Below are positions 1 to 9,749 of a stretch of DNA of 64,000 bases, piece after piece. Position numbers and translations under genes: made by a program. Source of the stretch: Candidatus Undinarchaeota archaeon (lineage in GTDB: Archaea > SpSt-1190 > JASMDC01); NCBI GenBank assembly GCA_964519305.1, contig CAZFHY010000017.1:17577-81576 (forward strand). Direction: 5' to 3'. Each line of letters starts with the position of its first letter. The stretch's first letter is position 1. The notes below the pieces were generated by a model. It searched no databases. It saw only the letters and a list, made by a program, of their open reading frames with translations, and was not told the DNA's origin.

Positions 1-474
1 TCCGACCCAGAGCTCGTAGAGGATGACCGCTGCTGCCTGGGAGATGTTGAGAGTACCGTACTCGGGGCTTGCCGGGATGGTGACGACCAGCTCGCATCGC
101 TCCAGCTCGTCAGCGTGGAGCCCTTCACCCTCCCGACCGAGCACGAGGGCCGTCCTCCCCTGAGCGCCCGCTAACCGCTCACCGAGCTGACGCGGACCGA
201 TATGGGACCGCCGGACGTTCCGCTCCGATGCGCGGATCGCCGTGGAACCCACCACCAGTTCACACCCCGAAACGGCCTCATCCCACGTCGCCACCGTGCG
301 TGACGCGTCCAGGACCTCGACCGCGTGCTTGGCCCGCCGCCGTGCCTCGTCCCCTAGCTCGCACTGAGGATCGAGGAGCACGAGTTCGGATACACCGAAG
401 TTCTTCATTAGACGACAGATTGCGCCGACGTTGCCCGCGGTCTGGGGCTGGACGAGCACGACAGTGAGGGACAT
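1..474 (-). CDS. trmJ: tRNA/rRNA 2'-O-methyltransferase, TrmJ/SpoU family (runs off the window edge; not in ORF track)
   Basis: Manual minus-strand translation from ATG 474: MSLTVVLVQPQTAGNVGAICRLMKNFGVSEL...LGREGEGL...YGTLNISQAAAVILYE, matching SPOUT motifs 1-3. Confidence 0.9.
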   Translation of the reverse strand, partial: MSLTVVLVQPQTAGNVGAICRLMKNFGVSELVLLDPQCELGDEARRRAKHAVEVLDASRTVATWDEAVSGCELVVGSTAIRASERNVRRSHIGPRQLGERLAGAQGRTALVLGREGEGLHADELERCELVVTIPASPEYGTLNISQAAAVILYELWVG

Positions 475-489
475 GAGGGACCCGGAATA

Positions 490-1038
490 TCAGGGTTCCT
501 TGAACTTGCTGTACACATCAGCCAGGAAGCTCTCCCGCTCGAGGAACGGCCCGACCAGGTCCTCCACTCGCATCTTCTTCATGCACCGGGAGATGAGGTC
601 GCGGGACACCTGCCGCTCGGGCGTGAGGTCGTACCGGGTGATTATGTCCAGTTCCTCGCCCACGCTCTTGGAGAAGCCCTTGAAGTCCTCCCCGGGGGTC
701 TTGCTCCGGGCCCACACGCCTAGAAGCTCGAGTGCTTCGGTGATGGTCAGGTGCTCGTCGCCCACCAAGATACCGCGGTCGGCGATCCACTCCTTGGTGA
801 CCTTTTCCAGGGCTGCCTCCTGCATCATCACCTGGATGATGAAGAAGTCCTTGTTGCGCTCACCGATAGGCGTGAAGATCTCCAGGACCTCCTTCTGGGC
901 GGCCACGGGCAGGATGTAGGCGTTCGACGCGAGCCGCAGGAAGGGGAACCTGCGCTTGCTATCGAAGCTCTCCATGACCTCGGACACCCGGGAAAGGAGC
1001 TTCTCACCGAACACTAGGAGGATGACGTTCTCGTCCAT
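490..1038 (-). CDS. hypothetical protein (~182 aa)
   Basis: Start trimmed to ATG 1038 (MDENVILLVFGEK); TATA-like element at 1061-1068; coding-like composition; 15 nt upstream of trmJ. Confidence 0.7.
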   Translation of the reverse strand: MDENVILLVFGEKLLSRVSEVMESFDSKRRFPFLRLASNAYILPVAAQKEVLEIFTPIGERNKDFFIIQVMMQEAALEKVTKEWIADRGILVGDEHLTITEALELLGVWARSKTPGEDFKGFSKSVGEELDIITRYDLTPERQVSRDLISRCMKKMRVEDLVGPFLERESFLADVYSKFKEP

Positions 1039-1069
1039 GGTGGAGAAGGGGGGATGAACCAATATAAAG

Positions 1070-1501
1070 CTACGGGTGGCCTGCCGGGTCGCACTCGAGC
1101 ACCACCCGGACGGGACCTCCCGCGCGGAGCCGGGCCACCAGCTCGCGGGACAGGTCCTTTGCCGCTTTATCGGCACCGATCGCCAGCGTCCTCCCGCAGA
1201 CGTACCCGCTACGGCGAACGACCATATCGGACAGGTCCTCGAAGCTGAGACCGGGAGCACCCGTCGCCGCAACGACATCGGAGACGTCGTCCGCCTCGAT
1301 GGTGATACGCAGCCGCCCACCTGCCCGGAGCGCGTCCTTCAGTTCATCGTCCAGCCCAGGGAGCGAGCGGTCCATCGCCACGACCACGAAGCAGTCGCCG
1401 CGGGTCGTCACGGCCTCATCCGAGGTGAACGCGAGGGTGTTGTAGTGGGTGGAGAGGATGTTCGGATGCCCCTTCCCATGCAACACCTGGCGGACCGTCA
1501 C
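1070..1501 (-). CDS. DUF371 family protein
   Basis: GHPNILSTHYNTLAFT...TTRGDCFV...DMVVRRSGYVCGRTLAIGADKAAKDL, typical of archaeal DUF371. Confidence 0.88.
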   Translation of the reverse strand: MTVRQVLHGKGHPNILSTHYNTLAFTSDEAVTTRGDCFVVVAMDRSLPGLDDELKDALRAGGRLRITIEADDVSDVVAATGAPGLSFEDLSDMVVRRSGYVCGRTLAIGADKAAKDLSRELVARLRAGGPVRVVLECDPAGHP

Positions 1502-1554
1502 GGACCGGCGGGTCCGCCAAACCTTTTTATGTCCTTGTGGGCACGCCCAACTCG

Positions 1555-2241
1555 ATGAAGGTACATATCGAGGGTAAGCTGGCGCCCATGGCCCAGGTCG
1601 ACCTCGATTCCGGCGAGCGTATCTACGCCCAGGCCGGTAGCCTTATGTTCAAGACCGGTTCCGTTGACATGGAGCCCACGGGCCGGGGTGAGGGTGCCAG
1701 CGGCATATTCAAGCGCCTGATCACCGCCGAGACCATCCTCTTCCTCGAGTTCAAAGGTCCGGGCACCGTGGGGCTCTCCCCCTTCTTCCCCGGTGAGATA
1801 AAAGAGGTAGTTCTCGGTGAGGGCGAGTCCATCCACGTCAACCGTGGCGCGTTCCTCTTCGCCGAGCGGTCCGTGAAGTACGACGTCGACTGGGTGAGTC
1901 GTGGATGGTGGCAGCGTGCCAAGATGGGCCTTCTGGGCGGCGAGGGGTTCTTCTTCCAGAAGCTCACAGGTCCCGGTCGCGCCTACCTCTATGTGTGCGG
2001 CGACATAGTGGAGACCGAGCTGGCCGCGGGCCAGACCGTCCAGGTGGAGCAGGGAGCACTGGTGTTCAAGGACGTCGAGGTAGGGTACGAGCTCGAGCGC
2101 GTCAAGGGACTGGGACGCATCATGTTCTCCGGGGCAGGTCTTTTCCTCGTCACGCTCTCCGGTCCGGGGAAGGTCGCTCTCCAGACCATGGACCTCAACC
2201 GGTTCGTCGGCCGCATCGTAGCACCCATCATCCGCTCGTAA
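1555..2241 (+). CDS. AIM24 family (TIGR00266-like) protein
   Basis: LDSGERIYAQAGSLM, GGEGFFFQKLTGPG, FSGAGLFLVTLSGPGKVALQT. Confidence 0.9.
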   Translation: MKVHIEGKLAPMAQVDLDSGERIYAQAGSLMFKTGSVDMEPTGRGEGASGIFKRLITAETILFLEFKGPGTVGLSPFFPGEIKEVVLGEGESIHVNRGAFLFAERSVKYDVDWVSRGWWQRAKMGLLGGEGFFFQKLTGPGRAYLYVCGDIVETELAAGQTVQVEQGALVFKDVEVGYELERVKGLGRIMFSGAGLFLVTLSGPGKVALQTMDLNRFVGRIVAPIIRS

Positions 2242-2295
2242 TCCCCGCTGCGAAAGGCTTTTCAATCATCAACGTACAAAGATGGACGAGCGCCC

Positions 2296-2508
2296 ATGAC
2301 CGACCAGACCGCTCAGACCGCTCAGACCGCCCAACCCCTTCCCGAGACGAAGGGCGGTGGGTTGAGCCTGCTTGACCTCATCGTCATCCTCATCGAGGTG
2401 GCTGGTGTCGCAGGGTTCGTGTACGTCGCGATGTGGCTCATGGGCGACTGCTACTCGTTCACCGTCGCCGGGTACAAGCTGAGCTGCTGTCCCTTTTCTT
2501 GCGGGTGA
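2296..2508 (+). CDS. small membrane protein with Cys-rich C-terminus
   Basis: 70 aa; QTA x3 repeat; one hydrophobic helix; ends LSCCPFSCG; fills the intergenic gap. Confidence 0.6.
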   Translation: MTDQTAQTAQTAQPLPETKGGGLSLLDLIVILIEVAGVAGFVYVAMWLMGDCYSFTVAGYKLSCCPFSCG

Positions 2509-2512
2509 GCGC

Positions 2513-3253
2513 TCAAGGCAGGAGGAACGACATCTCCGTGGCGACCATGTCATCGGAGAGCTTCTCCAATCGCTCGATCGATCCCACGTCGTACCAGAAC
2601 TCGTTGGTGAGATACCCGCGGACCTTCCCGCCTTCCTTGATGAGCTGTGGGATGAGATGTGCGTTCAGGTCCAGCACACCGTCCGGGTCCGTCCGCTTGT
2701 CGGCGAACGCTGCCGCACGCACGATGTAGACCCCGATGTTCACTGGCATATCGATCCGGGGCTTCTCCCGGAACCCATTGATCGTGGTCAGAGGCCCGTC
2801 CGTGTCGGTGACGTCCGCCACGCCCACGGGGACAGGGAAGTCCCTGGCCAGGGCGAGGGTCACATCGGCCCCTGCCTCCCGGTGGAGCGCCATCATCCTG
2901 CCCAGATCGATGTTCGAGAGGATGTCGCCGTAGAATATCACAACGTCCTCGTCCCCCGCGGCCAGTAGCGCGGGGAGCACGGCGTTGCCCGTGCCCTTGA
3001 GGTCCGGCTGGTCAAGATGGTAGCTCATGCGAGCCCCGAACCGCGAACCGTCCTCGAAGTAGTTAGTGATCTGCTCGGCGTGCGCCCCGACGAGCACGTT
3101 CACATCGCAGATACCATGGTGGCAAAGGAGCCTGACTATGTACTCCATCAGTGGTTTGCCCTGACGCCCCAGGGGCATCATGCATTTCTGGAAGTAGAAC
3201 GATAAGGGCCGGAGACGGGTGCCTTCGCCGCCTGCGAGCACGATGGCCTTCAT
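2513..3253 (-). CDS. NDP-sugar pyrophosphorylase / nucleotidyltransferase family
   Basis: MKAIVLAGGEGTRLRPL, KGTGNAV, YGDI, FREKP, WYDVG. Confidence 0.93.
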   Translation of the reverse strand: MKAIVLAGGEGTRLRPLSFYFQKCMMPLGRQGKPLMEYIVRLLCHHGICDVNVLVGAHAEQITNYFEDGSRFGARMSYHLDQPDLKGTGNAVLPALLAAGDEDVVIFYGDILSNIDLGRMMALHREAGADVTLALARDFPVPVGVADVTDTDGPLTTINGFREKPRIDMPVNIGVYIVRAAAFADKRTDPDGVLDLNAHLIPQLIKEGGKVRGYLTNEFWYDVGSIERLEKLSDDMVATEMSFLLP

Positions 3254-3284
3254 GCGTAGGGAAGGGCGGCCGAGTTTTAAATTC

Positions 3285-4517
3285 CTATGCAGACCTGTCG
3301 CGAGGCTCGCCGACCATCCATGGCCTGGTGCCCCGGAGATAGGCAAGGACCGCTAGCATGGTCAGGACGACCGCGAGGATGGCCGGTCGGGGAGAGTACC
3401 ACCGTCGCGCGCGGAGCGCGTACACGGTACCGTCCAGTGAGCCGATAATGATGAGGCCGTCAGACATAGCAGGGGTGACGCTCGCGGGACCGACGGAACC
3501 GGTCCGGCCCTGCAGAGCCCCTGTCCGTGCACCGATCACGTGGAGCTCACCCAGCTTCGAGCTCGCATAGACGGTCCCGTCCGCGATTGCGGGGGGCGCG
3601 TCAACTGCGCACTCCATCTCGCGTTGCCACAGCTCGTCCCCCGTCGACGCATCGAGGGCGTACAGGATACCACCGCTCGAGCAGGAGTACACGATCCCGT
3701 CCGCCGCGGTAGTGGCGCCTGCGGCACCCGCCAGTTCGTGTTCCCATCGGAGCGCACCGGTGCCCATATCAAGAGCGTACACCCGCCCGTCCAACGAGCC
3801 TATGTAGACTGTCCCGTCCACTATCGTGGGCGAGAACCAGTTGGACCCCGAGGTCATGGTCCGCCAGAGCTCGCGACCGGTCCTTGCCTCATGGGCGTAG
3901 ACGTACGCGTCGCTGGACCCGGCAACGACGGTCCCGCCGGCCACGGCGACGGGGGCACGAACGGGTCCGCCCATCAGAACGGTCCACCGCTGTGTACCGT
4001 TCCCCGGATCGAGAGCGAGGAGCCGGCCTGAGTTCGTGCTCACGTACACAGCGTCGTCGGTAGCCTGTGGCGCGGGCAGTTCCGAGGGTTCGTCGGTAAA
4101 GACCCTCCACCGACGCTCTCCCGTGCTCGCGTCCAGTGCATGCACGTGCATGTCCTGAGAACCGACGACAACGAGCCCGTCGGCAACAGCGGGCGAGGAA
4201 TGGTGCAGGAATCCCTTGGTCCGGAACGTCCATATCGGCGTACCGGTGAACTTGTCGAGGGCATAGAGATGCTCATCCGCAGCGCCAACGTAGACGATGT
4301 TCCCTGCTACGACGGGCGTTGTGGTGACCGGGGCCCCCGTCCTGAACGTCCATGCCAGCTCTAGGTCGCTCCCGGGACCACCAGTGGTCGCTCCCGTGTT
4401 CCTCACGTCATTTCTGGGCACGGGCCAGTCCGCTGCGATAACGAAGGCCATGACGAGCAGTACCGTCAGGATGACGAGAATGCCACCGGACCTGTTCGCT
4501 CGCACCACAACACGCAC
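3285..4517 (-). CDS. secreted, membrane-anchored PQQ-like beta-propeller repeat protein
   Basis: Signal peptide, repeated VY.GS.DG.VYALD..TG...W blades, C-terminal TM helix. Confidence 0.88.
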   Translation of the reverse strand: MRVVVRANRSGGILVILTVLLVMAFVIAADWPVPRNDVRNTGATTGGPGSDLELAWTFRTGAPVTTTPVVAGNIVYVGAADEHLYALDKFTGTPIWTFRTKGFLHHSSPAVADGLVVVGSQDMHVHALDASTGERRWRVFTDEPSELPAPQATDDAVYVSTNSGRLLALDPGNGTQRWTVLMGGPVRAPVAVAGGTVVAGSSDAYVYAHEARTGRELWRTMTSGSNWFSPTIVDGTVYIGSLDGRVYALDMGTGALRWEHELAGAAGATTAADGIVYSCSSGGILYALDASTGDELWQREMECAVDAPPAIADGTVYASSKLGELHVIGARTGALQGRTGSVGPASVTPAMSDGLIIIGSLDGTVYALRARRWYSPRPAILAVVLTMLAVLAYLRGTRPWMVGEPRDRSA

Positions 4518-4573
4518 TCGGCTCTGGAAACTATTTATGCTTGCACGTTGAGGTTCGGTACCGGAGGAGCGTT

Positions 4574-5641
4574 ATGGCGAAAGCCGGGAGCACGGATGAC
4601 GGAGCGTCCGGCGACGTCCGCCGCCGCCGTCTTCTGGCCCTGGCCAGCATCTTCGTCACCCTTCTCGCGGTCGAGCTTGTCGTGCGGATGATGCCGCCAC
4701 CACAGATGCGCGATCCCATGAGCTCCTTCGCCCTGCGCTCGAGCAAGGACCCGCGACTCGGGAACGAGTTCGTCCCGAACAGCACGTTCGCCACCATCTA
4801 CGATGGCGATCCGCGCGGTATCCTTCCCCCGGGCGGACGGGTCGAGTACCGGATCAACACCCTGGGCCTGCGTGGTCCCGAGCAATCAGTGATCGATGGA
4901 GCTGATGCGCGCCGGGTCCTGGTCCTCGGTGATTCGTTCGGCTTCGGTACGGGTGTGGCCCACGAGGGGACTCTCCCCGCACAGCTCGAGTCTGCCCTCC
5001 AGGAGCGCGCTCCCCCAGGGGTCCGTTACCAGTCGTTCAACGCCGGCGTTCCCGGTTACACGACCAGGCAGGAGCTCGCACAGCTCGAACGGTTCTCCCC
5101 CGTCGTACGCCCTCACGTTGTTGTCGTGGCCTACATGCTGAATGACGTCATGTCCGAGGAAGAAGCGCAGGCGGAGCTGCAGAACCTCTTCTTCGAGCGG
5201 ATGGACATGACGGGCGGAGGGACGCCGAGCGCACTTGTGAACCTCATCAGCTACCGGTTCCGCAACAGGCTACACGGGGGAAGGATGAACGACATGTACC
5301 GCTCCTACTACACGGGTGACCGCCGCGAGGAATGGGAGCGGACGGCGAGGGCGTTCGCAGAGATGGCAGAGCACTGCAAGGAGCGCGACATCCATCTTGT
5401 CGTCGCGGTCTATCCGTTCCTCCACGAGTTCGACTCGTACCCATATCGCGACGTCCATGACATGATCGTCAGGACCTGCAAGGAACTGGGGATCGACGTG
5501 ATAGACCTGCTACCTATGCTCGAGAAGTACGAGAATCGGGAGCTCTGGGTGCATCCCACTGATCCCCATCCCAACGCCCAGGCCCACGGTTATTCCGCCC
5601 AGGTCATAGCAGAAGTCATCGACGGGAAGCACGCGGCGTGA
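4574..5641 (+). CDS. membrane-anchored SGNH/GDSL hydrolase
   Basis: N-terminal TM helix; LGDSFGFG, NAGVPGY, LND, DPHPNAQAH. Confidence 0.9.
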   Translation: MAKAGSTDDGASGDVRRRRLLALASIFVTLLAVELVVRMMPPPQMRDPMSSFALRSSKDPRLGNEFVPNSTFATIYDGDPRGILPPGGRVEYRINTLGLRGPEQSVIDGADARRVLVLGDSFGFGTGVAHEGTLPAQLESALQERAPPGVRYQSFNAGVPGYTTRQELAQLERFSPVVRPHVVVVAYMLNDVMSEEEAQAELQNLFFERMDMTGGGTPSALVNLISYRFRNRLHGGRMNDMYRSYYTGDRREEWERTARAFAEMAEHCKERDIHLVVAVYPFLHEFDSYPYRDVHDMIVRTCKELGIDVIDLLPMLEKYENRELWVHPTDPHPNAQAHGYSAQVIAEVIDGKHAA

Positions 5642-5683
5642 CCGCCCCGGAGCACTTTTATTACTTGGCCTCCACAACGGACC

Positions 5684-6562
5684 ATGGTCGATGAGAGGCT
5701 CGTGGTATCCGTGGTCCAGCCCGTTCTAGAGCGGGGCGGTGACCAGAACCTCTCCCGCATCGTGTCCCTTGTGAAGAAGGCCACCGCCACCGGGCGTACT
5801 GATGTCGTTGTGCTCCCCAACCACCTGACACGCTCGGCCCCCGTCTCCCTCCCCTGCGAGCTGACCGACGCGCTGGCCGACCTCGCGCGGGACAATCTCA
5901 CAGCGATCGTGGGCGCTCTCCCGGAACGGACCGAAGAGTGTGCGTACAACACCGCATTCATCATCGGGAGCGATGGGCGGCTCATGGGCGTCCAGCGTAA
6001 GTTCATGCTCTCTCCTGTCGAGGCGTCTTCGTTGCGCCCGGCCCCTTCGGTGCGGGTGTTCGACACCGATGCCGCACGCTTCGGTGTCGTGGTCGGTGAG
6101 GACATCCTCTTCCCCGACTTCTCCCGGGTCGTCGGGCTCTCCGGGGCCGAGGTCGTGTTCTGTCCCTCCCTGGTCGCAGGCGAGCTCGTCCGCAGCCTGC
6201 GTACGGCCTGCTGCATCCGGGCGTTCGAGAACAGGATGTTCGTGGTGAACGCTAACGGCATCCCCGGCGAGGTCCGCACGACCAAGAGCCCCCGGGGACA
6301 GAGCACCATCGCCACACCGTACGTGGGCGACAACCTGCTGGCCAAGGGCCTTGCGAAGGAGGGCATCATCACCGCCGAGCTGGACCTGGCACGCTACCGT
6401 GAAGAGAAGGCCAGACCACCGGAGGCCCCCGGGAAACGCCGTGGACGGCGACGCAAGTACCGACTTGGACCGGACCCGCACAGGTGCCTTGAGCTTCTGG
6501 GCAGGGTGGGGCTCGAGCTAGAGGTCGAGATACGCTCGGTGAAAGGTGCGCCCGAGGAGTAG
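5684..6562 (+). CDS. carbon-nitrogen hydrolase (nitrilase) fold protein with degenerate active site
   Basis: YNTAFIIGSDG, QRK, IRAFENRMFVVNAN, GQSTIATP; catalytic Glu and Cys positions replaced. Confidence 0.85.
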   Translation: MVDERLVVSVVQPVLERGGDQNLSRIVSLVKKATATGRTDVVVLPNHLTRSAPVSLPCELTDALADLARDNLTAIVGALPERTEECAYNTAFIIGSDGRLMGVQRKFMLSPVEASSLRPAPSVRVFDTDAARFGVVVGEDILFPDFSRVVGLSGAEVVFCPSLVAGELVRSLRTACCIRAFENRMFVVNANGIPGEVRTTKSPRGQSTIATPYVGDNLLAKGLAKEGIITAELDLARYREEKARPPEAPGKRRGRRRKYRLGPDPHRCLELLGRVGLELEVEIRSVKGAPEE

Positions 6563-6603
6563 GGAAGGCCCCGGTGGGACCGGGACCATCCTACCCGTGA
6601 CCG

Positions 6604-6900
6604 TTACCTGCGCTTGGCCGGCCCCTTGAGGGCCGTGAGGATACGCTTCCGCCTAGTGGCGGGTTTTTTCGCCCTCTTGGCGGTCCCAATGCGCTTGGCA
6701 AGGGCCTTGTTATCGAGGCAGTAGGCTGCCCATACTGCAAAATCGTTGAGGTCTTGTCGGAGGTGGTACTCGATGGCGTCATCGTCCACCCCCTCCACGA
6801 GCTCTGCGAACTCGTTGACGGTCCGCGCCCGGCCCACCTCCGTAGCGGGATCGGTGCGGAACACGAACTCTTGTCCTGGGGGTACGGCTTGTCGTCCCAT
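6604..6900 (-). CDS. DUF5752-like small protein
   Basis: EFVF...ARTVNEFAELVEGVDDDAIEYHL...NDFAVW...LAKRI, with a basic tail. Confidence 0.7.
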   Translation of the reverse strand: MGRQAVPPGQEFVFRTDPATEVGRARTVNEFAELVEGVDDDAIEYHLRQDLNDFAVWAAYCLDNKALAKRIGTAKRAKKPATRRKRILTALKGPAKRR

Positions 6901-7273
6901 TGTAGACTGAATGGGTCGTTTCATGGTTTAAAAAACTACTATTTTATTAATAGTTATTAGGTGTTACTTAGGGTTGCGATACTGATCCATAAGCCCGTTA
7001 ATTTTGGCAATCGCGTACAACGTTTTTTCAGAAATTATCTGACAGGACCGCAGCAGGGTAACGTGCGGTATTATAAAGCATGAAACGAATTTCCTTGCGA
7101 TGCGTTCTTTCAGGGGGATCGCTCACGGAGTAGCCCGTGCTCTCATCTCCACCGGGATGGTGAGCCACGGTATCCTGGGCGACTGCCAACGGGTGTACGG
7201 TGACCTTCTCGTGCTCACGGGCGGGGTCATCGGTCACAGGTTCGGTCACCCTGATAATCACGCGGAACCTGTT

Positions 7274-8221
7274 TCAGAGCTGCTCCCTGAGCGTTTCGAG
7301 GACTGAGCCCGACTCGCGGTCCCGCGCGTTGACCACCTCGGTGGTCCCGCCATGTACCGCAAGATCTCCCAAGAGCAGTGAGAGCAGCCGTACGGCGTTG
7401 CGGGGCGTGTCGTCCACTAGTCCCTCGCGCCCGCGCCGGCGGACGACCTCGTCGGCATGGTCGAGGAGCGCATCTCGGTCCGGTTCGGTCCCCTTTGGCA
7501 GGGCAGGGATGCGGACGACCGTCCCTCGCTCCCAGTCGACCCGTACCAGGGACGTCTCCACATCGATCTCGCGCGGTTCGAGAGCATCCACCATGTCCGC
7601 GTCCGGATCGCGATAGTCCCTGGCGAGCTCCGCCTCAAGGGCCGCGATGAGCCCGAGACCGCTCCGGAGCACGGCGATGTGGGCAGGTCCATCGATGGAC
7701 CGTGCTGTCTCCACCACCCTGCGAAGGAACCGCTCCCTTAGCGGAGGGTCTGCCACGGTCTCACCGATGAAGGGTAGGGGCTCTCGCTCCCGTGCGGCGC
7801 ACCGGTCGAGCCACTTATGGAGGAAGGGTAGGCCTTCGAGCGAGGCCACGCTGTCGAGCGCGGCACATACCTCGTCCTCACCGACCATGGGACCCTCACC
7901 TGTCCCCGGGCACCTGAACATGGAGACTCGCGGCCTCCCGTCCGGCGTGGCCCAGAGCCTGAAAGGGAAGAGCCTGCAGAGGAGAGGCCGGCCGTCGTGC
8001 ACTCCGCACAGTGGTCCGTCGAGATGTGGGCATCGGAGCGAAGTGAGCGGGACGTAGGAACGGAAGAGCGGATGGGGGCTCGCCAGTCGCCGGAAGGGCA
8101 CACGCTGCGCGTCCTGTTGCGTAAGGTAGAGCCCCGTGAGCTCGGCACAGCACTTCCCGCACCGGACGCACTCGTAGCGGCGCGGAGTGAAGGCCAGATC
8201 GGGTGCGGGTACGGTCCCCAT
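7274..8221 (-). CDS. YkgJ-family Cys-cluster (Fe-S/Zn) protein
   Basis: CVRCGKCC...CPHLDGPLCGVHDGRPLLCRLFPF...CPG. Confidence 0.85.
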   Translation of the reverse strand: MGTVPAPDLAFTPRRYECVRCGKCCAELTGLYLTQQDAQRVPFRRLASPHPLFRSYVPLTSLRCPHLDGPLCGVHDGRPLLCRLFPFRLWATPDGRPRVSMFRCPGTGEGPMVGEDEVCAALDSVASLEGLPFLHKWLDRCAAREREPLPFIGETVADPPLRERFLRRVVETARSIDGPAHIAVLRSGLGLIAALEAELARDYRDPDADMVDALEPREIDVETSLVRVDWERGTVVRIPALPKGTEPDRDALLDHADEVVRRRGREGLVDDTPRNAVRLLSLLLGDLAVHGGTTEVVNARDRESGSVLETLREQL

Positions 8222-8278
8222 CAGGATTGACCATGCATAAAAACCTTAAAAAGGTGGCCTCGCTCTTGAGGCCTGCTC

Positions 8279-9376
8279 ATGGAGGAGTACGGTCGCATTT
8301 GGGAGCTTCCGGACATCGAGCCAAAGAAGGGATTCCGCTGGTGCTGGTGGTTCTGGCTGGTGTTCATCGACAACCCGGTCGACCCCGAGCGGCCCCGCCA
8401 GGTCATGATCCTGTGGAGCTTCAAGGACTCGCCGACCATAATCCACGACACTCACTACCACCCTGGCGAGGGAGTGGCACGTACCGCGGAGAAGGACAGC
8501 TTCCCCGGCGTCATCGCCGCCTGGTACTTCGACGGCGAGGAGATGGACCACGATTTCGCACTGGAGCAGGGTCCTGTCACGGTAGTACGTGAGCTCGACA
8601 AACCGGGGAACGGTCGCCTCTTCATCGACACGCCCACGGGCAACGACTACGTGTTCGAGGGCGCCCCTCGTGACTGGCGGCTGCGCATCAGGAACGAGAA
8701 GCACGACATGGACTACAACATCCGGCTGGAGGAACCCAACGAGTTCACCAGCCCCCTCTACCGTACCAAGCACTTCTTACGTGGACTGTTCATGTACAGC
8801 GTTGTCAAGCTCAACCGCTGCACGATGGAGGGCACGGTGGACGGCGAGAAGGTGACGGGCACGGCCTACCTCCAGCGCATAGGGATGAACAATCCCTGCC
8901 TCCCATGGTTCTGGGGCGTGCTGCACTTCGCCGACGGCTCGATCCTCAAGTACTTCTTCCCTCACGTCTCGACGGCCATCTTCCGTACCGACCCCGCCCA
9001 ACGGATGCCGGGCCACGAGCGGTTGTGGTTCCCGGCAAAGCGCGAGATGGAGTTCTACCACGCGCCAACCGGCACCCTACACAACTTCAAGCGTGGGAAC
9101 GTTGAGCGGCACGACCGCGAGAACGGGATGCCGGTGTTCGACATAACCTTCAGGTCGCCCACAAAGGACCTTACCGTCAGTATCGAGAGCTACGCTCACA
9201 CCCACTGGCGCTTTCGGGGGAAGCATCCTCTCGTCCCTATAAACGACCTCTATTACAACGAGTACCCGGTCAAGGTCACCAATCTGTCATTCACCAGTGG
9301 GGGGCGCGAGGTGACCCTGGCGGACACGGGCCCGGGTGCGGGGAACGCCGAGCACACCTGGGGCGGGTTGTTCTGA
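8279..9376 (+). CDS. hypothetical Trp-rich all-beta protein, possibly AttH/tocopherol-cyclase-like
   Basis: 365 aa with good codon usage; WCWWFWLVF, GTAYLQR...PWFWG, terminal EHTWG. Confidence 0.75.
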   Translation: MEEYGRIWELPDIEPKKGFRWCWWFWLVFIDNPVDPERPRQVMILWSFKDSPTIIHDTHYHPGEGVARTAEKDSFPGVIAAWYFDGEEMDHDFALEQGPVTVVRELDKPGNGRLFIDTPTGNDYVFEGAPRDWRLRIRNEKHDMDYNIRLEEPNEFTSPLYRTKHFLRGLFMYSVVKLNRCTMEGTVDGEKVTGTAYLQRIGMNNPCLPWFWGVLHFADGSILKYFFPHVSTAIFRTDPAQRMPGHERLWFPAKREMEFYHAPTGTLHNFKRGNVERHDRENGMPVFDITFRSPTKDLTVSIESYAHTHWRFRGKHPLVPINDLYYNEYPVKVTNLSFTSGGREVTLADTGPGAGNAEHTWGGLF

Positions 9377-9414
9377 GCGGGGCCGAAGTGCTCAATTTAT
9401 AATGTTTAGGCCAT

Positions 9415-9735
9415 GTGGTGACCATCGTGGCCAAAGAGCATCAGTTCAAGGAGATCGATATCGAGCTGCACATCTGCCTGCCCTGTCTGGATAAGGACAA
9501 GGTGCACGTGGAGTTCAGGGACGTCAAGGGCGAGGAGTGCCCCTTCTGCAAGGGCCCGCTCACACGCATAGGCCACACGCGCTCCCTTGACGGTGTGTAC
9601 GAGCGCCTCTACATCTGCCCCGAGTGCAAGGAGTGCTACAAGGTGGACAACGACGGCGACTACCTTCACATGGGCAACGCCTTCACCGAGTGGTTCCTCA
9701 AGATCTTCGGCGGCCATGGCGAGAAGGTCAAATAG
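9415..9735 (+). CDS. Cys-rich zinc-binding protein
   Basis: CLPC, CPFC, CPECKEC; TATA (TTTATAA) at ~9397-9403. Confidence 0.8.
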   Translation: MVTIVAKEHQFKEIDIELHICLPCLDKDKVHVEFRDVKGEECPFCKGPLTRIGHTRSLDGVYERLYICPECKECYKVDNDGDYLHMGNAFTEWFLKIFGGHGEKVK

Positions 9736-9749
9736 ACAGGTGAGACCGC

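Noticed and set aside
6920-7090. AT-rich tract as a replication origin
   Set aside because: No ORB-like repeats seen and no adjacent cdc6/orc1
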